The notes: generated from the sequence alone by a model not told the origin. A stretch of 64,000 bases of DNA from Octopus sinensis (GCF_006345805.1 NC_042998.1:14818001-14882000), one strand, 5' to 3'; numbered from the stretch's first letter, positions 13,131 to 26,952 are shown. Made by a program: numbers and translations.

Positions 13131-13220
13131 GATCTACTACATTCTTCTTTCTTTCTTCCTTTGGATTATCATTAGTTTTACTCAATAATGCTTATGGAAA
13201 CTGCTACACAAACACCTCCG
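13131..13220 (+). other. Candidate alternative exon (5' UTR plus MLMETATQTPP, or stop-containing cassette)
   Basis: Branch-like gctaat, acceptor ctttagccag|, donor CCG|gtaaga at 13221; ATG 13188 is phase 0; in-frame TAG at 13173; upstream donor GGA|gtaagg at 13061 would define a 70-nt intron. Confidence 0.38.
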
Positions 13221-14297
13221 GTAAGACTGCAGTGTGTTAATTATGCTAAACTTTGCCTTTCCCTTACTCCATCCACATTGCTTGCAGCCAGCAAGAATAT
13301 GATTCTTGTAATTTCCTTCCGGAAAGTAAGGAGTGGTGGTGGATTGATAATATATATATAAACGGGTTCGTGCGTGTGTGTGTGTGTGTGTGTTACTTTC
13401 TTTTCTCCTCCTCCTCTTCCTCCTCCTCCTCATCATCAACTGTATTTATGAAGGATTGTTTTGAAACCACAATCATATAATTAAAATTCACTCCTTCCTT
13501 TTTCTGTTACCTCCTAATTTTGTTAACTATATTTCTGTTTTTTTTTTTTTTGTTTTTTTTTTGCTTTTCTTTTTTAAACGATCTTTTTTATTATTTAATT
13601 TTCTGTATTCGAAAAGTCAAACTGATTAGGAAAAAAATTTATTCAAATAAGTGTTGGCCATACTTTTAAGTTGTCAAGATTAGTCAATAAATCAACGCAC
13701 GTGTCTTGAATCTTTTTATATTTTTTTTAGTATAACAACTCCTTACTTCCCCATGACAAAAATTCTATTATAACTTGAGGAAATTTTTTTGAAAGGTAAT
13801 CCAGTAATATAATAGTAGAATATAAGGCTATATTCGTTATTGTTTTTTTTTTTAAAACTTCCATTATTTTAAGGACCTTTTCTTCTTTTGCCGGTTGATC
13901 TCGAAAATGTAATTCTTGTAGCTGCGGCTTTGCATTTTCCTTATGATCATTAAAATGCCATTGTTTGCAGACTGATGTGATTATTTTTTTTCTTGTGTAT
14001 TTTAAGTCTTAAAAATATTTCAATTTATGCTTGCTTTCGCATACATCACTTAATACTAATGATAATATTCATGATTTGTTAGAAGTAGCTCCCCCTTGTA
14101 TTGACTGCTGCGTTAGCCACCATTGCCTTTGCCTCTCTTACTACTACCATGACTACTACTACCACCACCACCACCACCACCATTGCTGTTACTACTACTG
14201 CTATGGTTTTTGTCCACTTATCTCAGTGTGTTGCTATTCATCGGAATCTCACAGTTGTGTTAGTGTTCAAACCCTGTCTACCTCATCTTCAGGATTA

Positions 14298-14342
14298 ATG
14301 GAAATGTTGCTTGCTCCGTTCATCATAATTCCATCTCAGCCT
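14298..14342 (+). other. Candidate alternative first-exon coding end (MEMLLAPFIIIPSQP)
   Basis: ATG 14298 to donor CCT|gtatgt at 14343, 45 nt, phase 0; preceded by (TAC)n/(CAC)n UTR-like sequence. Confidence 0.28.
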
Positions 14343-16239
14343 GTATGTAATGTAGAATATATTTTTTTTTAAAAATATATTTTTAAAAAATTCATCTCCA
14401 GTTATTCTTTTAGTCTTTTGAAAGCACATTCATTTTTGCTAGACACACAGACACACAAACACACACACACACACACACACGCAGATATTATTCCTTATAG
14501 TTATGCTCAGTTATTGCTTATTTTTCATGATATGAAAGTTATTCTATTTTGTTAATCACCACTTTGGTGTTATGAATTATTGCACGTACTTGTGTTGTAC
14601 TCTTCCTGTGTGAAAATTTTCTTACACTTTATTTGCAGTTTATTCTTAAAGCAACTCTTAAAACATAAAAATGTTTTTAGACTAATCTATTAGTTGCTTA
14701 TTTTATTAAAAAAAAGTACATCCTTTTCCTTGAGCTGCAATATTTAGTTAGCTATGTATTTGGATTAAAGTACATCAAATTTTGCTGAATAGGGGAAAAG
14801 TAGCTGAAAAGAGTTACAGATCTTTTGAGATTTTCTTTTGTATAGTTTCTCCTAGGCTTTGTGTGTGTGATATTCTAACTGCCCTTGTGTTTTGAACTAA
14901 CTTATATTAATAAAGTAATTGTTTTCGTCTTTAATGAGAAGAATTAGTCAAGATGATTAACGGAATTTTCACATTGTTTTTATATCAACTAGTGTATGTA
15001 TTTATATATTTTTTTTACATAGGTTTTACAAAATCAATGCTACAATTATGGTATTCTTAAATATCTTGTGTCAGTATCCCAGAGTCTGTAGTAATGGTGG
15101 GTGTGTCTTTCTGCTTCCTTTTTCTCCTAGCAGTTTTATTGGAACTTACAAGCCTCTCCTGCAGCAATCTTTTCAGCTTCCTTTCCAATTCTTTCAAATC
15201 TCCCCCAAATACATTTAAAATAGAACAAGCTTTTTGTATTTTCCCAAATTTGTTGTCTTAATATTGTTTGTGAGACTCTTTAGTTATCAACATAATAGCA
15301 ACAAGCATACATGTCTACTTTTGACTTTAAAAAAAAAATTTTTTTTTCAATCCTTAAGCTTGTAATTTAAAGGTTTGAAAGGAAAGTTCTTTCACTTTTA
15401 AGTGAAGTTGATTCAGATCCTTGTATATATTCATGCTGTGTATATTTAGATTTTCCATTAGGTGTTTTTTTTTAAATTAGATTTCTTTTTGGTCCCCTTT
15501 TTTAATCTGCTTAAGGAAAGTTTTGTGAAATGTCTTAGCTTTACTGAATGCCTTAATAAGCAGTCTTCCCTGTTACAATTCATTTTCTTTTAATCACTGA
15601 AGAGTAATTTTCTCTTGACGAATACAGCGAGTGCGTAATGTATATAATTCGGAATTCTATTTTTAGTTACTGATCTAAATATTTATAGCAGTTTTTTCTC
15701 TCTCTCTTGTGCTGCATTAGTGTAGAATAATGTATTATTATAAGGTTTAGTTACTTTTAAGAAATTATTTCTTGATATAGAATCACTTTCTTTTTTAAAT
15801 TATGAATCTTATATTTACATAACATCTTGTTTCACTATTTTACTTTTCTGTGGTCATTCATTCCACATTCTCCCATCTAATTTCTCTCTTTTATCTTTGT
15901 TATTGTCTCATTCAAACTCCATTGCATGTTTCTCTTAATCAAGAACTCCATTAAACAATTTGAAAAGTTGAAAATTCCATGTATATTCCCATTCAAAATA
16001 AAAAAAGTTTTGAGTTGTGCCTTATAACTATTCAGTTAATTTGCTGGGGGTGGGGGTGGGGTATTGCTATATAAATAATAATTACTCTAATTGCTTTGAA
16101 TTGAACAAATGTTTGTCTGGTGTAATGATGAGAATCCTCTTGAAAATGAAGTTACTTTTTAAAATTAGTTACATTATACCTTTTAGAAATTTGTTTGCAT
16201 TTTGGGAAAATACTATTTCTTTCTTCTTTTTCTTTGCAG

Positions 16240-16297
16240 GAGATGAAGGTGAACTGGGCTACGTCTCCTAGTAATCAGCCAAAACAAGACACAAGCA
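16240..16297 (+). CDS. TIAL1: TIA1/TIAR coding exon: RRM1 beta4 and linker (EMKVNWATSPSNQPKQDTS)
   Basis: Acceptor ttcttctttttctttgcag|, donor |gtaagt at 16298; 58 nt, phase 0 to phase 1; peptide resembles human EVKVNWATTPSSQKKDTS. Confidence 0.95.
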
Positions 16298-17698
16298 GTA
16301 AGTATTAGACATATATTAAGCAGGTATTCAGATTTTGAAGACCTGGTTTAAATTTTATTTCAAATAGGGAATAAGAGTCATAGATTGTAGTACTTCTGGA
16401 ATTATTACAATATATTGTTCATTTGTACACATTTTGCTTGTTTTGTTTGAAGTTGTAGGCTACTTCTTTAGCTGGTATTTTCTATCCTCTTAGGGGTTGT
16501 TTGCTGTTACGATCGTTAGTGATTAATTGAACGAGTGATCAAATGCGTGGTAATTGCCACCCTGTCTATTTGATATTTTCCAAACTGTATTTTTCTTCAT
16601 CCATTTGTAAAGTAAAATGGAGAAAGACTTGTAATTTATGTAGCATTTTACATATTTTGGGGCTTAAAATAAAAATTCATATCTGTATAATAACCATTTT
16701 TGTCATTGGCACTATTAGTTTTGATATTAGATCTCTTCTCTGTCTTTCACTTGATATATATATTATAAAGTGGGTCATATATCAAAGTATTTTGATACTA
16801 TATATAATTCCTGTGGTATCATGTATTATATTTGGCTTTTAGTTTTTACCCCTCCTTTTAAAAACTTTTTATAGTGTGCTTATAGGTATTTGGAGATTTT
16901 TATATTCCTCTAAAGCTATGTATTAGACATAGGTGTATTAAATTTTGCATTCTTTAGACCTTGTTTGCAACAGGCATCATTTTACTTTTGCATGTCTGCT
17001 CGCATACAAACACAATTTTTGTTTCAAATTTGTGAAATTTGATCTTAATTTGTGTATTTAGAACTCTTGGTCAGTCTCTCGAGTAATTTATACCACCAAG
17101 AAATCTGCATCCTGTGACCAGAGATAACAAGTACAAAAATGCATGTCCTAAAAAGACCTGGAGGTGTAGTCTTGAATGTGTGTGTTTACAAGGAATATTT
17201 GTAGTACTTTAGTGATCAATACATGAGTAAGTTATTTATAGAATGGTTCCCTCTCGGAATATATCTTCAGCTAAAAATGGAACTGATTTTTTCCCCCCAC
17301 CCTTAACTTTCTTGTAGTTATATAAATTCTTGTGAACAATAGTTTGTTGTGTTTGTTGGACATTTTTTTTTGTAAATCATCAACACGGGTTTTTTTTTTT
17401 TTTTAATTGGATATTTGGTCTTTGATTTCCTTTTGAAATCTTGATTGATGCTTCCAGCTCTCCCATTTTTAAAAAAAAGATATATATTTTGAATCATATC
17501 TGAGCAAAATAATACACTCACACACATATTAGATGGGGTACGTTTCTGTTAGAGGGTTTATAGCTGGCTGTTGCTGAAATTTTCTGAGGACAGTAAACTG
17601 CTAGCAAGTGGTATATATGCTGGTAATTGTCCTTAGTGATGTCAGAACAATTGTCATCTTGTTTTTGAAAAAAGTAAAATTTCTCTTTCCACTTGCAG

Positions 17699-17719
17699 GG
17701 TCAAAATTAGGGCTGGGCA
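17699..17719 (+). CDS. TIAL1: Putative 21-nt alternative microexon (inserts RSKLGLG in the RRM1-RRM2 linker)
   Basis: tttctctttccacttgcag|GGTCAAAATTAGGGCTGGGCA|gtaagt; multiple of 3, phase 1/1, no stop in the host frame. Confidence 0.72.
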
Positions 17720-20700
17720 GTAAGTAAAATTTATCTATTCAGAAAGATAGTTTGTCATTAACAAGCTGACACCAGCTTGCATATTTATATAGAATATATG
17801 TACTGTTCCTTCTCTCCATATTCTGATTCAGAGATTTCAGGTGGCTATTGAGTTGTTTGTGGCTGCACTCTTCTTCCTCTCATGCAACTGTCTTTGACAA
17901 GGAAACTACTGTTTTTCTTCACTGCCAAATTTAGGTTTGTAGCTGGAACAAAAAAAAACAAAAAAACAAGAAAACACAAAAGAAAAAAAAAGAGCAAAAG
18001 AAAAAAAAACAACCAGCTGGTTTTTGTTTTTCGAGAGAAGCAGTCACATTTGTTTTGAAGTAAATTGATTGGAATTGAGGAAGAAATAGGCAAAGATGAA
18101 GAAACTACTCTTCGCAGCTGTCTGGAAAAAGGCTGTGTGCTTATTTTTCAACTCCCTCCCCACTTTCCAGTTGTGGTTTGTTTTGATACAAAGTATGATC
18201 AGAATCAGACTATTTTTCTTAATTTTGCATTCTACTTGTCAACCACCAAAATATTTTATTTGCCTTAAATAGAGGGAAAAAAATGTTAGGCTTTGAGAAC
18301 AAATCTTGACTGCTATTTTAATGCATTGTAACTTTTGAGTGCACTGGTTTACACAAGATGCTGAGCAGTTTTTGGTCAAGATTATTTTCAACGCCATGTT
18401 GGTAGGTGTTAGTAAATCTTACCTTTTCCTTTTCCTTTTTTTTACACCTGTTTCCTGTTTTATCAGTAATCCGATAATGTAGTCTAATTGTCCTTCCATT
18501 TGTTTTTCACTTGTGTGTAGATGTTACCTTCCATATTACTAGAAACATGTAGAACCATTTCATAGACTCGTTACATCACCTTGCACTAACCTAATAGTCT
18601 TTTTTGTATGTGTATGTATTTGCATACAAACATTTGGAATGTAGGTAGGTTAACCTTGTTTTGTGTTTTTATTTATTAATAATTACATAATAATTATCAC
18701 AATAAACACGCAATTTTACCGTTAAAACTAAATGGCTGTGTTTTTAACCTTGTGTTGCAAGTTCGATTTGCTAGTTAACACCTTTTTTTTTTTTGTTGTT
18801 GTTGGGGACTAGTTGTTATTCTCCCTATGTGCCTAAATACCACCTTTGTAATATATAGGTATCATCCTTGGAATTATATCCAAATGTTGATAAAATTTGG
18901 CATGCATCGTCATTGGTTGTAGTCTGTATTTGAAATATTTAGGTTTAGTGTCTCAGCTAAATTTGGTTTGTAGTTTTGTTTAATGTAGTTCAGTATTATA
19001 ATATATATATATAGAAAGAAAGCATGTTCAGGTTCTGTAACTTTCAAAAGGTTTTTCTCACTTGTAGTCAAGTATAGTTTTATATGGTTGACTAAATAAA
19101 TAGTATGGTGTGAAGCTTTAAAACAATATGTGAAATAATGGTAAACCAAAATTAATAAATTAATATATTGTTGGGTATAGATCGTCTGGACCCTACCAAG
19201 TAGTTGAAATTCTAGGAAAGATACAATTACAAATACTATCAACTAATACTAATATAATACTTTGGTTAAACTAGTGATTGAAGCATGGCATTTCTATGTA
19301 CATGGCTTTTGTATTGGTGTTTGTAACTGCAGCTCAAAGCCTTTTCTGTTTCCTTTTTTTTTCCCCTTCATCTGGGTATTGTAACTTGGAAAATTCTCCA
19401 AAGTTACTTGACTGGGAAAATTTTCACAAAATCTGTTACATCTTGAATAATCTAGCTTAGAAAATGTGAGTGTCTGAGCGTAGCTGGTATTGCTATGGTT
19501 GTAAGTTTTCACAATTTGTTTTTCATATTGGAAGATTAAATCTAGTTTTACTGTCTAAATTTACCTTCCAGTTTTTTTTTGTGTATTTGAAGAAAGGCTG
19601 TTTAACCAGATGATTATATAACCATGGGCCTATTAAATCTCGCATTGTTTTAAATTTGCTTTGGAAATTCAGATTTTAAAATGTTGCAATTTTTCTTAAT
19701 GAACAGAATATCATGAGGGTAAACTCTCCAAAAAATTCTTGTTCAATTTTGAAAGCTGGTCAGGGTTGAAAGCTCATTGTTTTAAATCCACTTTTATCAT
19801 GCTATCATCAGTTAGAGGAGATTCCTTGATGATGTATTTCTGTAGTTCTTTACTCTTACTGATGCCAACCCTCAGTTGCTTTTGAGTTAAACACTTTATG
19901 CGAAAGACACACATGAAAACACACCTGTGTTCACACACACTTAGATGCACACAATGGTTTTCTGTATCTAATTTCACTTGGCAAGGCACTCTGAAGTGTG
20001 TCGTAGAAGACACTTGCTCAAAGTCAGATTGAATCTGTGTGGCTGTGAAGTGTTCTCCTTGATCACGCTGCCATGCCTATCCCTGGCTCAGTTTCGAAAG
20101 GATAGATTCAATTGTTTAAATTAAAATTTTTTTCTATTGAAACACTTTATTTGCAGTTTCTAGTTTCTTCTTACATATCTGTATTCTTGGTAAATTTGCT
20201 TCATGATGAAAATGTTTAGGTTTTGATGTATTTTGTGTGTTTGGAGTAGAACTTTCTAAATATATTTCTCCTAGCAAGGACACATTGGACAGGGTAGTTC
20301 TGGACACACAATTTGAAAACAAGATGCCTTAGTCTTGACTGGAACACAGGTCTGTTTCATCTGGGCATGCTTAGGGATTAGATTACACTAAATTGATGGC
20401 AGGAAATTAACTGTCTGTACCTACTTGTCGATAAACCAGAGGTAATCTGAACTGCAGATACATTTATAGTTTATATGTATTTTCAATTGTTATAAGGATG
20501 TATGTTGACTTGTAACTAAATAATATAGTAATAATGAATGACGCTCAACATGGTTGCTCAGCCAGCGAAGAATAGTAGCAGCCAACCCTCACTCTTTATT
20601 TGATTAGGGTAGGCTGATCTAGTACTAAACAACATCAGCAAAGGACCTATTTGTGTGGATGTGCTGTTCTTGGGTGTGTGGAATGGATGTTCGCAAAATG

Positions 20701-21441
20701 ATTACTTTTGATTATCACTCTGATCTGTCAGGGCTAATGAATCTCTGTTGAAGGTCTAAGCTAAAGCAGCTGTCATTATTTTTATCTTTTTAACTTTGGG
20801 ATTTGTTGATTTCAGGCTATTGTAATTATGATCCTACGTTTAACATGGGAATTGAGTTCTGCGAAATCGTAGGTGAAATAATATCAGATGCTTTGCTCTA
20901 AGCAGAATCTTTAAAAACTACTTAGGTATTAAGAAAGTCAGTCTTCTTGATGATAATTAAATCTGCTGCATTGTTGGGAACCCATTCAGGGTCCCAAGCG
21001 TTTTGCCCCCTTAACCTGAATGCTTCATCTGAGTGCGGCAAGAAGAACTGAATTAGCCTTCACCTGTCTAAGTGTTCCAGCTACATTCTTTTGCCCATCA
21101 GAGCTGGTGTCTTAAGTTGCAAGGAGCCAAGAAAAACACCGGAATTATTACTACTACTACATAGGGTCATGGAGCTATTAGATGCAGTTCTGGGCTGCTA
21201 AGGGTGATTTGCTTCAGTTTTATTTCTTTATTTTCAATGTTTCACATCAAATGACTCCAGCAAATGTTGAGGCCAAGTCATAAATTCAAAATTGTACAAA
21301 TCTTGAGGAATACTAATTGTTCAAGCATAGCTGTAAGTTTCCTTTGCTACATGCTGGGGACAACCCCTTCATGCTGGATTGGTCAGTGGTTCACAAGTGG
21401 AACTTGTTAGATAGGAATTATACTGAAGCGTGTGTGTGTCG

Positions 21442-21481
<40 letters not shown>

Positions 21482-21584
21482 AGGACAAGATTCATGAACA
21501 CATGCTTTTAAGCAGAAATAACTTGTATTTATTGAGTTGCGCGGATGCCCTCTTGTTACTCTCATCATTATAAATGCTAGGAAC

Positions 21585-21800
21585 CAGCACAGCAAGCTGG
21601 CAGAATCATTAGCGCGTCTGACCAAATGCATAGCAACATTTCATCTGGCTCTTTACGTTCTGAGTCTAAATTCTGCCGCAGTTAACTTCACCTTTTTATC
21701 CTTGTCGTATCAGTTAAATAAGTACTGGCAGAACACTTTGGTCAATGTAATGACTTAGTACTCTTTGTGAATTGCTGGCCTTGTTACAGAATCAGAAATA
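21585..21800 (+). mobile_element. Degenerate SINE family C copy
   Basis: GCTGGCAGAATCATTAGC...GTTCTGAGTCTAAATTCTGCC matches the reverse complement of 42541-42768. Confidence 0.6.
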
Positions 21801-24103
21801 TCGTTTTGACCATCATCATGATTATCAATACTAATTGTGGAATTATTGAGTTGTTAGAGTATGTACATTTGGGAGTTCAACTCCAGCTGAAGTCAGTGTT
21901 GCCTTTTGTCCTTCCTGGTCAATGAAATAGAAATACTGGGGCTGGTATAATTGACTAGTCACTCCCTCTTTCATGTTCAGTCCTTCACACCTACGTTGGA
22001 AGCAATTACTTCTGCGTTATTCACAAAACAGTACTGAACGGAGAAAGAATATCAACTGCGTATTAAAATAAGGGAAACTGAGCTACAATATTTATTCTAA
22101 TATCTTGGCTTTTACTTTTCTGATGCAGATACTTGAGAGGCTTTATGGTGTGTTTTGGGTAGAATATATTGAAATTCATGGTTTATATTGTTAGAAATCT
22201 AGATCAGACACATGACATAAAGTATAGTGTAGGTTAAAGCGATGCACAAATTAGGTTCTATGGATCAAATTATGATTTATCTCTGATTCTTAATTCCCAT
22301 CTCTTCTTGCCACCGTCCTATTAATTATTTCAATTTACAATAATAACACAACTTCAGTTACTTTTGTTTTTGAAAACGCTCTTCTATGTAATGCTGTTAA
22401 TGTGAGTGGATCATGTTTGTCTCTTAAGATTACGTAATGCTGTGCAAAGAATTAAACTTCCTTTTGCACAAGTCCTCAAGGTAGATTTCAAAGGAACAAT
22501 ATTTTATTGGATGTAGCTTAAAATAGTTGTTTATACTATTAGCCTTTTAACATAACACTAGAAAATTAGAAATAGGTCTTAAATTCTTAAATATCTTGCT
22601 TATGTGCTTGAAGATGAGGATAAAAGGTTGTTTGTTTTCGAATGAGCCATCAATTTTATTAAGCAAATAATCTTCATCATCCTTTTTGGTTTGTATGAAT
22701 TTTCAGTTTTTATGTTTTTAATCAGCATAGTTTAAATTTTGACCATTTTTTTTCTATTGCGTAATATATTAACATTGATGTAAATTTCATAAAATTTAAA
22801 AATTATCAGCGTAAGTAGATATAATGATTGAAACAATTAACAAGTTATCATCATCATCTGGATATTTGTTTCTGTGACTCGTTTAGTTATATAGGTGCAA
22901 CGAGACTTGAGTTTATGTAATTTGCAAATTAATGAAGATGTCACGTAGATTATCAGTTACAATTTCATAACGATATCAAGTAAGACTTTACTACAAATGT
23001 AAGATTGAGGTACAACTCCGCCCATTTATCAGTAACACACTTTGAAACCAACTTCAAAGGTTTTTCTCATATATATATATATATACAGCTGTCGACTATA
23101 ACGTAAAGCTTCAGTAGAAATAATAAGCAGTAAGAAAGGAAAAAAAAAACAATTTTCTCTATTCACATTGACACTTTATCTTTTGTGTGTCGATAATAAA
23201 GCAAATGGTCCGTGCACATTATTAAATTGTTTACATTTGCTGTCATGAATTGCTGTCTTATTAAACTAGGTTATTACTAAAAGTAACTTCTGAAGACCAT
23301 TTCAAATTTTATAATCTAGTTCTCAATTTAAGTGATATATTTATCATAAATTCACCTCCTTTTCAGTAAATGCGTTTCACTGAACCAACTGCTCATATTG
23401 GAATTATAGTGAATCTTTTTCAAGTTAGGTGTGATGTTACATCAAAGCCGAGCAACTATCAGTGATTAATCCTAGAATTTGTGAATTACTGCTTGACTAG
23501 AAGTCGTAAGCTCTTGGGTACAACTTTAGTGTCATATCATGCGTTAAAATTGTAGCATTCATATACAGAGCAATTTTTCCACATGAAAGTGTTGCATTAG
23601 TTGTTAGATCAAAGATGCTACAGCCCTGACTATTTTAAGAGCTAAGGCTTCATTGATAAAAGGAATATAATATGAAATGGTAAAGCTAAAAATCACTTGT
23701 ACTCTCTTTATTCTCTTTCTCCATGTGTAAATTACCTATGCATTACTTTTATAGGTTTGTCAAAAGAAATTGTACCAATTAACCAATTACAATAAACACC
23801 TAAGTAATAAAGTTGGCTCGTCTTGTAAAATTTTTATTTGCAATTAGACCCAGGCTCAAAATCCTAAGTTTATGGTGCTACATACTCTGCTATTTGTAAT
23901 TTAGACCAATCATAGATTGATGTTAATTTATAGCACGATCAATAGCTATGCCATTGCCACTTTGTTTTCTGGAAGGATGAAAGCCAAAGATGACCTCAGC
24001 ATGATTTGAACTCTTTGTATTCTGAGGTCAGCTTTGCGTTTCATTTCTCTAGGGTTGATAAAATAAATATTAATGACTTGTAGGGATGCGGCATTTTATT
24101 ATG

Positions 24104-24153
24104 CAACCATGATATACTATGAAGTATACAACCATAATATACTATGAAGTATA
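24104..24153 (+). repeat. 25-bp tandem duplication
   Basis: CAACCAT(G/A)ATATACTATGAAGTATA x2. Confidence 0.85.
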
Positions 24154-24852
24154 TTAAACGTGTTTTTATAAGCCAGTACCGTGTTCAGTGTTAGCAGTGT
24201 GCTTTACACTACTCGTTAAGGTTGTAATTTCTGTAGAGTATCTGTAGAGATAACCATAACAATAAAAAAAAAAGTGCCTTGCCGTAGATGGTATTGACTT
24301 GACCCATCTCTCAGAACTGTTGGCCTGGTGCCTAAATGTGGAACTATTTTTATCGAAATGATGTAGAAAGAAAATAGTATAAAATGAACCTCTTTTGTCA
24401 GTTAAAAGGTCTGATGTACATAAGTTGTAATGGGAAAAAAAATTGAGCGCCTAAAGCAACTTAAGAAATGATTGGTTCAAAAGAAAACAACTCAATTAGA
24501 TACATGACTATTCTTTCTCATGACAGGTTACAATAAAAGGAAGAGATTATAAGTTTCTTCCTACGAAGTGTGTTAAAGGAATTTAGAATAAAGGTTAGAT
24601 AAGAGTCAAGTCCTGAATTTTGTAACATTTTCCTTAAAAGCAGAATTACATTTACCCTACGTTACAAACGTAATTTGTTTATCTTCGTAGAAACCCAAAT
24701 ACTTGATTGTTTCTGAAACAGTTGAATTAATATCTGGAATCTGATTATAACGCATATTTCATTTTAACATTTAATTGGAATGAACACATTTTTGCTCATT
24801 CCCACTCCAATAATCATTCGTGATTCTGGCTCAACAGCTCAGATTAGGACTT

Positions 24853-24985
24853 TATCATCGTCCAACGCCTGTTGTCCATGTTGGCATAGGTTGGATGGTT
24901 TGACCAGGGCTCGTAAGCTGCATGGCTTACCAGACTCCAGTCTTATTTGGCATGGTTTTCTATGGTTTGATGCCCTTCCTAATGT
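24853..24985 (-). mobile_element. Degenerate family A fragment
   Basis: tccatgttggcataggttggatgg...gatgcccttcctaatg. Confidence 0.65.
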
Positions 24986-25004
24986 TAAGTTATAAAATTG
25001 CCCC

Positions 25005-25233
25005 TTAACCCATTAGTGTTCACATTACTCTGTTAAATGTAATACTTTTTCACTCAAATTGTTTTGAATTAATCATGCATTATCTTATAGCTTTGAGGTT
25101 TCAGTGATGTGATTGTTTATTTTTAGAATGTCAATGTAGGTTAGGTGTGAGAGGCTAGATATGACCACTTTGAATATAAAACATGGGGAATATATTGGGC
25201 CGGATAAGGCCAGTTTAAACACTAAATGGTTAA
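25005..25233. mobile_element. MITE family D (TTAA-flanked, CC...GG termini; piggyBac type)
   Basis: TTAA-CCCATTAGTGTT...AACACTAAATGG-TTAA; interior shared with at least five other copies. Confidence 0.8.
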
Positions 25234-26664
25234 AGAACTTCAATTTCTTTGAAATTATGGTATTGGAAATATTTGGATATGAAAGAAATGTTTACATGAT
25301 TTCAAATGCTTTTCAACTTTGCATGATATATAGCACTTGTATCTAACTAAAAATAGTTTCCATACGGAAATTCTTGTGTAAAATCTTTTATACATAGCTT
25401 TATTGAACTTTTAAGTTCTTTTTAAGTTGCAATTTCTAGTTTTCAGTACTAAATAGAGCAGAAGAATATTACATAACCAAGAAAAATTGATTTACACAAG
25501 TTTTATGGTTTTGAAGAAAAACTCGGCACAATTGGCATTGGAAAACCTTTTAACAAAGTTTGGGGTACCGAACTGAGCCAAAACCCAAATTTCATTTCTG
25601 TTGGTTTATATTGGGATTTTCCTTATGAAATGTGTTTCTGCTGGTACTGACTGTAATCTTAATTACCCACTTCATTAATTTTCTTCCAAATATCTGCCAT
25701 ATTCACCACTTATATATATTGTAATTTAGTGTTCATCTTTTTTTGTGTGTGTGTGTGTGTGTGTGTGTAGTGATGATGATGCCATTGTTAAAACTTAATG
25801 TTGCTTAAAATGGTTTTGCTAGTGTTTGCATGGGAGCGTCACCTTAAGCACCAATGAGGATGTAATTTTCTGAGTAGCGTTCTCTGAAAACGTCTTCTTA
25901 TCAGCGTTAAAACTACAAGCGATTTCATTAAGAAGTGAAAAATACTTCATTTCAGAACATTTCTCTGCTTAGCCTAAAAATCCTTTTCTTTCTTATTCCA
26001 ATACTAAGTAGTATTATTAGAACTATCCTTGGTCCATACCACAGTGTCTCATAGTAATAGTTTTTTTTTTTTCAGGATATATTTATGGTTATTTATGAAT
26101 AATAATGTCATCAGTTACAGGTTTCCAATGGTTCATTGTACATTTTCTTGCTTCTGCTCTTCTCCTTTGTCAGTCTACATTTGCAAAACATAAGATATAC
26201 ACAGACGTACATATGGGCTTCTGCACATAATCTGTTGATCATATTTTATTCCCATGTTATTTGGTCAGTTGCTAGCTATTGGAGAAGACACTTCCTCAGG
26301 GATGCCTTACATTTGGATTGGACATAAAACCACTTGCTTGTGAAGCGAACTACATAACCACTACTAGCTTGTGCTTTTTATCAGATTGATTCTCTCTCTT
26401 GAAATGGCTCTTTATTCTGAGAACTACCATACAGTGGATATCTTCTGCTGTGCTAATTGAAAACACCATTCTGTTTCAAATAATTGGATTTGAACAATTG
26501 TTTTGGACACAGTTTAAGCTTTGTGTTATTTGTAGTTGCTGAAATCTGCCCTACTTCACATGTAAAATGTGTGTGTGTATTTATATACATATATTTGTAT
26601 TTATGAATATGCAAATATCTGTGTGTATGTATGTATGTATGTATATATATATATATATATATAT

Positions 26665-26930
26665 GCAGTGCCGCTGGACAGGCTCCTGTGCAGGTGGCAC
26701 GTAAAAGAGACCATTTGAACGTGGTCGTTGCCAGTGCTGCCTGACTGGCCCTCGTGCCGGTGGCATGTAAAAGCACCCACTACACTCGAAGTGGTGGCAT
26801 TAGGAAGGGCATCCAGCTGTAGAAACTCTGCCAGATCAAGATTGGAGCCTGGTACAGCTATCTGGTTCGCCAGTCCTGAGTCAAATCATCCGATCCATAC
26901 TAGCATGGAAAGCAGATGTTAAACGATGAT
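26665..26930 (+). mobile_element. Repeat family A copy
   Basis: GGTGGCACGTAAAA units, GGAAGGGCATCCAGCTGTAGAAA, (GAT) tail; adjacent to a (TA)n tract. Confidence 0.82.
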
Positions 26931-26952
26931 GCGCACACGTTCATAAGAATGT

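Noticed and set aside
1-16239. Search for canonical RRM1 exons (TLYVGNL, DPYCFVEF) of the gene
   Set aside because: Not found by eye; presumed to lie upstream of the window.
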